Source: an uncultured Bacteroidales bacterium (GTDB lineage: Bacteria > Bacteroidota > Bacteroidia > Bacteroidales > CAIXZF01). Taken from it: a stretch of 64,000 nt of DNA. Location of the stretch: contig CAZSDK010000006.1 in the NCBI GenBank assembly GCA_964605655.1, forward strand, positions 7,341 through 71,340, given 5' to 3'. Shown here piece by piece: positions 1 through 8,863 of this stretch. The position numbers and the translations under genes were made by a program. Position 1 is the stretch's first letter. Every line of letters starts with the position of its first letter. The notes below the pieces were generated by a model. It was not told where the DNA came from and did not search any database. It worked only from the letters and a program-made list of their open reading frames with translations.

Positions 1-3000
1 CTGTTCCCATAGTTGGTTATAGCAGAAGGCTGAGGAATGCTGATCACCCCGGCATCATACTGCAGTCTGGGGTAGGTAAGCTCAAAGTCATCGACCGCCC
101 AGCCATCCTTGGTCACGTTGTTGTTGGAAGCAGGATTAAAGGTAAACCGGAACTGGGTTGGTACGGCAAAGTCGAGAATGGACTTCAAATCAAAACTCGA
201 CATCCGGAAGGAGGTATCCTGCCTGATCCAGCCATTAGCTGTATTGTACCAGTTCGTACCAGCAGGACTCCCCAGGGCACCCAGTTTTTTCCAAATACCA
301 TTGACAGCAAGGTATTCAACCCTGGCCCAATCATTCTGGTCGTTATGGACCCAGTGATAGAATCTCAGGGTATCCATCCCGATGACAGAAAAATCAAATT
401 TAGGTGACAGCAGATATTGCATGGGGGCATGAGGATAGATGCCGTCGAGGTTCGTCTTCCAGCAATACGGCGGGGAATAAGCCGAGTTGATGGTGTTGGA
501 AGTGGGGGTGCCCAATTCCCAAAGCTCGCCAACCGTAAACCATGGGTCAGTCAGGCTGTCGAAATGCGTCACATAGGGAGGAATACAGGTAGGAATACCG
601 AAAAAGTCGAGCTGAGTCGTATCATTGTTAAAATCGGCATCCCCGGCCAGCCCGGTATAGGATTTGAAATGATAATCACCAACGGGTACATTCATGTCGA
701 CAGAAAAGGTAAAGATGGTCGAATCAGAAGGATTCAGCAGGCCGGTCCATGTCTCTGTATGAGAAGGTTGATTGCCGGTCTTATAAGAAACGGGAACAGA
801 GGTCACTGGGTACAAACCCCAGTTGTATATCCTGACGGTGACAGGTTGTTGAGTCCCAGCGTCATTATAACCTGTAGGCGAATAAATATGGTCAACCCCA
901 ACGTCGTAGTCATTGCACAGGGTAAGATTGAAGTTGTCGAGTGCGAATCCGTTTCCCGTTGTCGAACCGTCGGAGTTGAAAGCAAACCTGAACCTCATAC
1001 TGTTCAACTGGTTCACATTGAAGAGCTTGAATGTGGCATTGAGCCATAACCCTGAGTTACCGGTCCAGGCGCACTGGAAGGTGGAACTGATTGTGGTATC
1101 GTACCAGTTGACCCCATTCGGGTCGGAGACCATTCCCAGCATCATCCAGTGCAGTCCGTTGTCAGGACTGTAATCCAGCCGGACTCCATCCTTGCAGAAC
1201 TGGGTCTCATATCGTATATAAAAGGAAAGAAGGGCGGAAGAAACTCCCGTAAAATCAAATATTTGTGTGGTGAGGTAACATTCTGCGCTGTCAGAATAAG
1301 GCAAATGGTTCAGGTCCACCGCCCAGACATTGGGCGGGGAGATGGCTGATCCGGGAAAACCGCCTGCCTGAGGGGCTCCGAGAATCCAGTTGGAGTTAGA
1401 GGAGGAGGTAGGTATAAAATGATCTGCATGGTCAAAATCATCGTAATAAGGCAGCGTATCTACCGCGACTCCTTCAACCTGCCGGCAGACCATATCATTC
1501 ATGGCATTGGAGTCGTTCTGCATCACCACCCATGCACAACACTGATGATAACCCACCGGCCAGGTGAGGGTATCAAGAGCTAAGTCAACTGAGTTATTTG
1601 CTGTCAGAACCCCGGTATACAACCTATGGAGGGGGGGCAGGTTATCGAGCTGAAAATATACATCTGCCGAAGTGATGTCGAGGTAACCCCGGTTACACAG
1701 GGTGACCCTGGCCGAATCGTTCACTCCTTCGATATAGATGGGCGGCGGATATACGATTGCTGTGATGGAGGCATCGGTACCCATCTGGGGATTGATATTG
1801 ACCACATAATCTTCGGTCTCTCCGTAAAGGTAAGTCCCGCAAGGGTATACGAGCATCGGGTGCGTGGTCTCCACCAGGACTACCCTCATGGTGGTGAGTC
1901 CGATATGTGCATTGAGGGGGACCATGATGCTACCTGTGAGAAGTGTATTATTTGAGGCTGTGGGTCCACTGGTGAATGCCGTCTCATTGGCCTCATCGAA
2001 ATACCCATTATAATCCCAGTCAATAAATACTTTTACATAGCATTGGGTATGAGGACCGATCCAGATGGGAGAGATACTTACCGGGTAATCCTGGCCTCTC
2101 TTCAGGGAGGTTGGGGGTAAAAATCCTAAATAAGAATAGGTATTGTTTGCACCACTGTTGTTGAAGACAGGAACCGCATTCCCGTAACTAAGGGTATTCA
2201 GAGATATTCGTCCGATATCCACATGATCAGGGGAGGAGGCACTTGATGTACAGTAATAATGCATACTGTTAGTGATGGTCTTTTTCACCGTATCGTTATC
2301 CTGGTTCAGGTCACCGGGTACGTCAAGCCATACTTTCATCTTATGATTACCAAACGATGAAAGGTCTGCCGGCACTGTGAAAGTAAAGAGCAATGAACTG
2401 TCAGGTTGTAACACGGTAGTCACGGTATCGACCACCGGTGGCAGGGCATCGAGAGAATAGGAGACAGGGAAGTCTGAGATAGGTTCAGTGCCATAGTTCT
2501 TCAAGGTCACTTTAACCAGGGAAGTACTGCTCAGGTTGATCCCGTTAACAGGGCTCACAAGGCTCAAGGCGGCTCCTTCGTAAGGGGGTGCCGGGCCGAC
2601 AAAGACAGTATCCCTGGCTCTGATGCCGGGACAGGTATTCAGTCCGATGACAGAAGGATAATAAACGGTCGTGGTATAGAGCAAGGGGGTACTGTAAGCC
2701 GGATTGGATCCAAGCAGCGTACCTCCTGTAAATGAGTCGTACCAGCGTACCGGCTGCGTTGACTGCACCGACAGGGTGGTGGCGGTTCCGTACGCGATGC
2801 TGGCATTGGTCACTGCAGGTGGCGGGGCAGAAGCTTTAGACAGGACCTGGCTGTTCAGGGTATCGTCTTCCGGGTAGGGATCGCCAGGAAAATGTACCCA
2901 TGACTTCAGCAGGAAAACAGAATCCTGATTGGTGACCGACATGTCGATCAGAGTGTTGAAAGCATAGGTGAAGGCTGCACCCGGCTGGAGGGTAGCGGTA

Positions 3001-4679
3001 AAATTCTCAATCACAGCAGGGGCCGTGGCACTTTCTTTATATCCGGCCGAAAACACACCGCTGACGGCATTCAGTCCTGAGTTGACAAACCTGATCCTCA
3101 CGGTATCCATGCCATGGCCACAACCGGATATCGGACTCAGCAACTGATCCATCATGACCTCCTGGCTGGCGGGTAGACTGATGGAAAAATCATCGACAGA
3201 AACGCCGGAGGCATTGGTCATAAAATCCGATCTGAAAACAAACCGAAATTGAACCGGTCCGGTAACATTGTTCAGCACACTCAGTTTGTACCTGCTTTTT
3301 TTCCATCCGTCAGAATTGCCGTTCCATCCTTGCTGCCCGGTACTGCTGATCAGGCTGTTGTACCAGTTTACCGCCAGGGGATCGTTCATACTTCCCAGGG
3401 TCTGCCAGGTTGTACCATTGGTGGTATACTCCATCCTGGTTCCGTCATAATAGGCCTGGGTCTCATAATTCAGCCAGAAGGATAAACGGGCGTTCACCGC
3501 ATTGCTGAAGTTGAACACGGGAGAGGTCAGGTAACAGCTGGCCTGTGACGTGTATCCTGAGCCCAGGTTGACATCCCAGCATTTGGGTGGAGAATAGGCT
3601 GAGGATGTTTCGCCGAAGTTGGGGGTACCCAGCTGCCAGTTGCTGGTGTTGCTTCCGCCCGACATGCTGGCAGTGAAGAGGTTGGCGTATCCGTCGAAAT
3701 CATCGAAGAAAGGAAAGGGCAGGTTGCCTATCGCACAAAAGTTGACACAGCCCGAAGAGGGGTTCCTTGCTGTATTATGCGACATGGAGTTATCATAGGC
3801 TCTGATATACCAGCAAACCACGTCATATGCATTCATGGCGGGGATGATACCCTTCATCGTATCCTGCAACAAGTGCACCATCCCGACGGTATCCTCCGGA
3901 CCACCATTGACGGAATAGGCGATATAAGCCGTATCGATGCCACTGGCATCAGATACTTTTGCCATCACGGTGAAGGGACCGGTGGAATACAAAGTTCCCT
4001 GGGGATAACCCGGATAAAGGCTTATGGAAGGAGGGATCAGCTCAGAAGGTGCCACGGTAACACGGATGTTTTCGATAAACCAACCATGATTGCCGTTCGA
4101 GCCATTACCCTGGGGATCACTGAGTTTATAGCGGATACGTGCTGCCGGACAATTCGCCAGGAGGGACGAGAAATTGAAAACTTCAGGTCTCCACCAGTTG
4201 TTCATAGGAATGGCCAAAGGGTTGGTAGGGGCCCAAAGGCTTGAATACGAGTTGGAGGTGAACCGGTTCCCATTGGTACCATATTGCCCGGAACTCATAT
4301 ACTGGGCCTGGGTTACCTGTATCCAGGTCAGGCCGTTGTCGTTAGAAACCTCCAGCGTCGCCACATCCCCATAATCGACCTTGCAAATATGCATGAACAT
4401 CAACGTCACATACCCATATCCGACCGTGCTGAAAGCCTGGGAGGTCAGATAATTCGTCGTGGCAGTCTGAACCTGGCAGCTGTCAGAACGATAGCTATTC
4501 GCTCCCTGGTGTAGCCTGGTATTGATGCTCCAACCGGATCCACTGGCAGGAATACTGGTCGAAACCATGCTGTCTCCCAGACTCGGAAGTTCAAAATTTT
4601 CATGGTAAATGACCGTCTGGTTAAATGATAACAGACTGCATAACAGCAGTAATAATAGAGCATGTAATCCTTTAACCAT
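1..4679 (-). CDS. Very large secreted modular surface protein. N-terminal ~1559 aa are in the window; the C-terminus lies beyond the window start. Contains MAM/choice-of-anchor-J-like modules and a GEVED-type motif.
   Basis: Absent from the ORF track because there is no stop in the window. Hand translation of the reverse strand from the ATG at 4679 gives MVKGLHALLLLLLCSLLSFNQTVIYHENFELPSLGDS (signal peptide). I checked the frame open at 4679-4380, 3660-3540, 1860-1800, 1380-1320 and 480-420. The track lists no long minus-strand fragment here, which implies no in-frame stop. The motif W-x-LG-x-P..SA-x-SPP-x-x-W-x-x-(N/D)L recurs at ~3640, ~1390 and ~500. PCGTYLYGETEDYVV sits at ~1800-1860. Confidence 0.8.
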   Translation of the reverse strand, partial: MVKGLHALLLLLLCSLLSFNQTVIYHENFELPSLGDSMVSTSIPASGSGWSINTRLHQGANSYRSDSCQVQTATTNYLTSQAFSTVGYGYVTLMFMHICKVDYGDVATLEVSNDNGLTWIQVTQAQYMSSGQYGTNGNRFTSNSYSSLWAPTNPLAIPMNNWWRPEVFNFSSLLANCPAARIRYKLSDPQGNGSNGNHGWFIENIRVTVAPSELIPPSISLYPGYPQGTLYSTGPFTVMAKVSDASGIDTAYIAYSVNGGPEDTVGMVHLLQDTMKGIIPAMNAYDVVCWYIRAYDNSMSHNTARNPSSGCVNFCAIGNLPFPFFDDFDGYANLFTASMSGGSNTSNWQLGTPNFGETSSAYSPPKCWDVNLGSGYTSQASCYLTSPVFNFSNAVNARLSFWLNYETQAYYDGTRMEYTTNGTTWQTLGSMNDPLAVNWYNSLISSTGQQGWNGNSDGWKKSRYKLSVLNNVTGPVQFRFVFRSDFMTNASGVSVDDFSISLPASQEVMMDQLLSPISGCGHGMDTVRIRFVNSGLNAVSGVFSAGYKESATAPAVIENFTATLQPGAAFTYAFNTLIDMSVTNQDSVFLLKSWVHFPGDPYPEDDTLNSQVLSKASAPPPAVTNASIAYGTATTLSVQSTQPVRWYDSFTGGTLLGSNPAYSTPLLYTTTVYYPSVIGLNTCPGIRARDTVFVGPAPPYEGAALSLVSPVNGINLSSTSLVKVTLKNYGTEPISDFPVSYSLDALPPVVDTVTTVLQPDSSLLFTFTVPADLSSFGNHKMKVWLDVPGDLNQDNDTVKKTITNSMHYYCTSSASSPDHVDIGRISLNTLSYGNAVPVFNNSGANNTYSYLGFLPPTSLKRGQDYPVSISPIWIGPHTQCYVKVFIDWDYNGYFDEANETAFTSGPTASNNTLLTGSIMVPLNAHIGLTTMRVVLVETTHPMLVYPCGTYLYGETEDYVVNINPQMGTDASITAIVYPPPIYIEGVNDSARVTLCNRGYLDITSADVYFQLDNLPPLHRLYTGVLTANNSVDLALDTLTWPVGYHQCCAWVVMQNDSNAMNDMVCRQVEGVAVDTLPYYDDFDHADHFIPTSSSNSNWILGAPQAGGFPGSAISPPNVWAVDLNHLPYSDSAECYLTTQIFDFTGVSSALLSFYIRYETQFCKDGVRLDYSPDNGLHWMMLGMVSDPNGVNWYDTTISSTFQCAWTGNSGLWLNATFKLFNVNQLNSMRFRFAFNSDGSTTGNGFALDNFNLTLCNDYDVGVDHIYSPTGYNDAGTQQPVTVRIYNWGLYPVTSVPVSYKTGNQPSHTETWTGLLNPSDSTIFTFSVDMNVPVGDYHFKSYTGLAGDADFNNDTTQLDFFGIPTCIPPYVTHFDSLTDPWFTVGELWELGTPTSNTINSAYSPPYCWKTNLDGIYPHAPMQYLLSPKFDFSVIGMDTLRFYHWVHNDQNDWARVEYLAVNGIWKKLGALGSPAGTNWYNTANGWIRQDTSFRMSSFDLKSILDFAVPTQFRFTFNPASNNNVTKDGWAVDDFELTYPRLQYDAGVISIPQPSAITNYGN

Positions 4680-4947
4680 TATAAATCAATATATTATGCG
4701 AAAAAAATAAATTAAAGACATCATAAATATATCAGACTGGGAGTTTGATGAAAAGTTGCATCAATCCTGAAAAACCTGTGAAAAATTTCCTTGTTTCAGG
4801 GAGTTGACCAGACCGGCACATTTCTATCCTTAAGAAAATCAGCGGTAAAATTATAAATCCGATCAATGCGGAAGGAAAAATTCCTGTATTGTTCCCAAAT
4901 TGAAAATCATGCGGTGGTTTGGTTTTTCGATTGTATAAGAATTTCAC

Positions 4948-4955
4948 TATATTTG
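4948..4955 (+). promoter_or_regulatory. Candidate Bacteroidota -7 promoter box (TATATTTG) for the 5033 gene
   Basis: Exact TAnnTTTG match, 77 nt upstream of the ATG at 5033. Confidence 0.35.
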
Positions 4956-5032
4956 CTTTCCTGAAGGGTTTCCGATAAAGCGCCACTGGTCGTCAACCTA
5001 AAAGGCATGTATAACCCAATAAAACGTCCGTT

Positions 5033-7165
5033 ATGAAAAAGATCATTTTACTATTCACTGGTTTTCTTACATTTTTTTCGGTGATGGCCGGCCAGGGAGG
5101 ACCGGATATGTTCGGTTACACCTGGATGGATAACCTTCAACCCGGAGGCCCCACCTATCATTGGATTGATATCGTCTCACCCGACAGGATGGTGACCGGC
5201 TTATCGGATGACAACAACAGGGGGCCGTTTCCCCTGACCACCAATGTGAATGATAAATTCATTTTCTATTGGTACCCTGTTGAACAATTCTGGATCGGGT
5301 CCAATGGTTATATTTCTTTCGACAACATCAATCTGGCATCCATCTTTCCGACGATTCCCGACTCGGTTGACAATAAGAATAACTTCATCGCTGCCTTGCT
5401 TTCTGATCTTAACTTCTCGGGAGCAGGAAACCCTGCCAGTTGTTATTACAAGGTGACGGTTGATTCCGTGATCATCTCTTTCATTGATGTACCCTTCTAT
5501 TCCCAGACTTTACCCAACTGGGCGGGCAGCAATTCTTTCCAGATCATACTGGACAAGCTCGACCGCTCCATTACACTGAACTACCAGGCCCAGACGGGTA
5601 CCGCCATGACGACCACCGATGTCAGGGCCGGCATGGAAAATCTCACGGGGGCCATCGGCCTGCAACCCTTTGCCAGCACCTATCCCAGCCCGGGGTATAC
5701 TATCAAGTTCTATTATCCGAACAATTCCACCTACCTTATCCGTGACGGAGCCGTTAAATACAACTCCATCCCGTACAGCAGGGGTGAATTTCTGTCACTT
5801 CCCAGCAGTTATGTGCTCATCTCCAATATTGCGAACATGGGAAATCTGAACATAGCTCCTTTATATCATGCCACCTGCACGGTGAAGGACGTCGGCGGTG
5901 TCATTGCGGCCTCCGATATGAACTTTTTTACCGATACACTCTTCACCCAGCAAGATACCACCATTTACTTCAACAACGCTTTTATTCCGACAGTACCTGG
6001 TACGTACTCCTTTACGACGCGGCTCTGGGATGTGCTCAACGACGGGGTCTCCACCAACGACTCGGTGATACAGGAGCTCGTAGTGATAGATACCTCTATG
6101 AACCAGTACGATCTCAGATTTTGCGACAACACCCCCGATCCCTCGGGAATATCATGGGTAGGGGGTGACGGCGGTGTCGGGATGTATTTCATTCCACCCA
6201 CCTACCCTGTCAAGATCACATCCTCCAACTTCTATATTGAGTCCAACCTGAGCAATGTGGGCAGCTATATTAAAATTTTTGATGATGACGGGCCCGACGG
6301 CAGCCCGGGGACCCTTCTCGATTCCACCTATGTGGCTCCGCCTATTGCCAGCGGGGCGTGGAGTACTGTGACCTATACCAACCCGGTGATCATCAATGAA
6401 GGAGGTTTTTACCTGGGCTGGGAGATGGGTGGCACCAATATCACCATCGGGGTCGACAGGACGATTCCGATTTCCCACCGCAGCTTTGAAATCATCAGCG
6501 GCGTATGGTCAGAATACCGCGACAGCCGTACCCAGGACTTCATGCTGTACTGTACCGTTCAAAAACACCAGGTGGAGGATGTAGGCCTTGTTTCCATTGT
6601 CAATCCCCAGGCCAACGACACCATCTCTGCGGCCACCACCGTCTCCTGCTGGATCAGGAACTTCGGAGCCCTCCCCGAAACCGGATTTCCTGTTCATTAC
6701 ATGATGACCGGACAAGCCATGGTCACCCAAAACTATACGGGCATCGCCATCCAGCCGGGAGATTCCGTTCTTTTCACTTTTTCAGGTTCCTTTACCCCGA
6801 CCGCCAACCTGAATGCACCTTTCTGCGTATGGACCGACCTGAATTATGATGCCGACGTCAGCAACGACAGCCTTTGCATCTTTGTCACCACCTCGGTCGC
6901 CATTGGAATAGATGAACAAGGGTCGCAGGGACTTCAGGTCTTCCCCAATCCCTTTGCAGAATATACAGAGATCCGCTTCCAAAACCCGGATCAACAGGAT
7001 GTTCTGTTGCAAATGACTGACCTTACAGGAAGAATCCTGCTCTGTAAGACCCTGGTCAACGACGGGACCATCCGCCTGGAGAAAGGCGACCTGCCTCCCG
7101 GTATGTATATTCTCAGGATTCAAAAACAAGATCAGTCCTGGGTGCAGAAGCTGCTTATTGAATAA
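5033..7165 (+). CDS. Secreted protein of unknown function with a T9SS type-A C-terminal sorting domain
   Basis: N-terminal signal peptide MKKIILLFTGFLTFFSVMAGQ. C-terminal LQVFPNPFAEYTEIRFQ...GMYILRIQKQDQSWVQKLLIE is a typical Por_Secre_tail (TIGR04183-type). Confidence 0.85.
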   Translation: MKKIILLFTGFLTFFSVMAGQGGPDMFGYTWMDNLQPGGPTYHWIDIVSPDRMVTGLSDDNNRGPFPLTTNVNDKFIFYWYPVEQFWIGSNGYISFDNINLASIFPTIPDSVDNKNNFIAALLSDLNFSGAGNPASCYYKVTVDSVIISFIDVPFYSQTLPNWAGSNSFQIILDKLDRSITLNYQAQTGTAMTTTDVRAGMENLTGAIGLQPFASTYPSPGYTIKFYYPNNSTYLIRDGAVKYNSIPYSRGEFLSLPSSYVLISNIANMGNLNIAPLYHATCTVKDVGGVIAASDMNFFTDTLFTQQDTTIYFNNAFIPTVPGTYSFTTRLWDVLNDGVSTNDSVIQELVVIDTSMNQYDLRFCDNTPDPSGISWVGGDGGVGMYFIPPTYPVKITSSNFYIESNLSNVGSYIKIFDDDGPDGSPGTLLDSTYVAPPIASGAWSTVTYTNPVIINEGGFYLGWEMGGTNITIGVDRTIPISHRSFEIISGVWSEYRDSRTQDFMLYCTVQKHQVEDVGLVSIVNPQANDTISAATTVSCWIRNFGALPETGFPVHYMMTGQAMVTQNYTGIAIQPGDSVLFTFSGSFTPTANLNAPFCVWTDLNYDADVSNDSLCIFVTTSVAIGIDEQGSQGLQVFPNPFAEYTEIRFQNPDQQDVLLQMTDLTGRILLCKTLVNDGTIRLEKGDLPPGMYILRIQKQDQSWVQKLLIE

Positions 7166-7362
7166 GGGTAACCACCGGGAGGGCATTCGAACTCGACATA
7201 CTTAGCTCAAACGTATGGCATTAAGCTGGGCATGGTTTGCGTGAGAGGGTATTGCACCAGGTGTTGAAGACACTGGTGCGAATGGATACAATGATGTAAT
7301 GGTTAACCGACCTTTTCAGCAGCAATACTTTCTGCTTTGCATTTTTAAAATATTTTGCGTAC

Positions 7363-7413
7363 TATTGCCTTGTATTTTTACAAATATTGTTATAATATTG
7401 CCTTGTATTTTTA
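7363..7413. repeat. Two exact 18-bp direct repeats (tattgccttgtattttta), start-to-start 33 bp, immediately upstream of the AAA ATPase gene
   Basis: Copies read directly at 7363-7380 and 7396-7413. The ATG is at 7423. Confidence 0.9.
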
Positions 7414-7422
7414 TATTGTGTC

Positions 7423-8739
7423 ATGTATTTGCCCAGGAAGATTGATAAAGAACTTGAAAAGTGGAAAGCTGAAAGCAAAAGAAAACCACTTTTGATCCGC
7501 GGGGCCCGGCAAGTGGGGAAAACACATACTGTCAGGCAACTAGGAAAAAAATTTGAAAGTTTCATAGAGATCAACTTTGAGGAGAACCCACGCTTAAAAG
7601 TACTTTTCGCGGGGGAATTAAATCCCATTTCCATCTGTGAGAATATAGCCGCTATATTCGCAACCAATATTACTCCTGGGAAAACGCTGCTTTTCCTGGA
7701 TGAGATTCAGGCATGCAGGGAGGCAATTGTATCACTTCGCTTCTTCTATGAAAAGATGCCCGGATTGCATATTATTGCTGCAGGTTCACTTCTGGAGTTT
7801 GCCCTGTCAGAGATACCAACTTTTGGGGTTGGCAGGATCAGGTCGGTGTTTATGTATCCTTTGAGCTTTTCTGAATTCCTCATTGGAACTGGGAACCAAC
7901 AACTGTTATATAACAAAATCAGGGAGTCGACACCATATAAGCCAATAAATGAGGCACTTCATGCCAGACTAACTGACCTCACTAGAAAATTCATTTGCCT
8001 GGGTGGTATGCCTGAAGTTATTGCAACCTATATTGAAACAGGTGACCTGCATAGATGTCAAATGTTGCTTGATGACTTGATCATTTCTGTTCAGGATGAT
8101 TTTGCAAAATACCAGAAAAGAACACCTGCGTCCATATTAATTGAAGTTTTTCAGGCGGTGGTATTCCAGGCAGGCCAGAAGTTTGTCTTTGCAAAAGCGT
8201 CCGAGCAGGCATATCACAGACAGGCAAAGGAAGCACTCCGCTTATTGATGACTGCAGGTATTGTTATTCCTGTAATCCATAGTGCCTCAAATGGAATACC
8301 TCTTGGAGCAGAAGCAAATCTGAAGAAACAGAAAATGCTTATTTATGATACCGGCATATTTCAGCGCCTGATGGGGCTTAACCTGGAAGAATTTCTGCTT
8401 TCCGGAGGCTTTGATGCCATCAATAAGGGAAACCTGACGGAACAGTTTGTTGGCCTTGAACTGATAAAATCAGAATCCTGTTACCAGATACCTTCACTCT
8501 ACTACTGGCACAGGGAGGCAAGAAGCAGCAATGCTGAAGTCGATTATATTATTCCAGTTGCACAGAAAATCGTACCGGTTGAAGTAAAAGCAGGTACGAA
8601 AGGGAGTATGCAAAGCATGTATATGTTTTTACGGGAAAAGAATCTCGACAGGGGGATACGGATATCCAACGAGAATTTTTCAGCTTATGGTCAAATTGAG
8701 GTATTTCCCCTTTATGCGATTGAGAACATTAAACAGTAA
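7423..8739 (+). CDS. AAA+ ATPase of the AAA_14 / DUF4143 family
   Basis: Walker A in LLIRGARQVGKTHTV. Walker B-like LLFLDEIQ. The length and the C-terminal YYWHREARSSNAEVDYIIP...VEVK segment are typical of PF13173+PF13635 proteins. Confidence 0.85.
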   Translation: MYLPRKIDKELEKWKAESKRKPLLIRGARQVGKTHTVRQLGKKFESFIEINFEENPRLKVLFAGELNPISICENIAAIFATNITPGKTLLFLDEIQACREAIVSLRFFYEKMPGLHIIAAGSLLEFALSEIPTFGVGRIRSVFMYPLSFSEFLIGTGNQQLLYNKIRESTPYKPINEALHARLTDLTRKFICLGGMPEVIATYIETGDLHRCQMLLDDLIISVQDDFAKYQKRTPASILIEVFQAVVFQAGQKFVFAKASEQAYHRQAKEALRLLMTAGIVIPVIHSASNGIPLGAEANLKKQKMLIYDTGIFQRLMGLNLEEFLLSGGFDAINKGNLTEQFVGLELIKSESCYQIPSLYYWHREARSSNAEVDYIIPVAQKIVPVEVKAGTKGSMQSMYMFLREKNLDRGIRISNENFSAYGQIEVFPLYAIENIKQ

Positions 8740-8863
8740 TCGGGAGCTTTATAAAGCATTCAAGTCAGAATTCAATACAAACCTGACATAAAGGAAACTC
8801 ACCATAATAAACTAATTAGCAGAGCATTAAAGAGAGCCTTTCAGGAAATCCTCCCTGCTGTGT

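Noticed and set aside
4732-4986. 84-aa minus-strand ORF in the divergent promoter region between the two cargo genes
   Set aside because: It has no signal or motif, it sits in AT-rich promoter DNA that contains a -7 box for the plus-strand gene, and it is likely spurious. It cannot be excluded without expression data.
7166-7260. A ttcgaa-containing stretch (gggcattcgaactcgac) that looked like a tRNA T-arm fragment, and so a possible integration att site beside the low-GC island
   Set aside because: I could not build the flanking T-stem or acceptor stem on either strand. The weak similarity to 8755-8780 is not convincing as a direct repeat.
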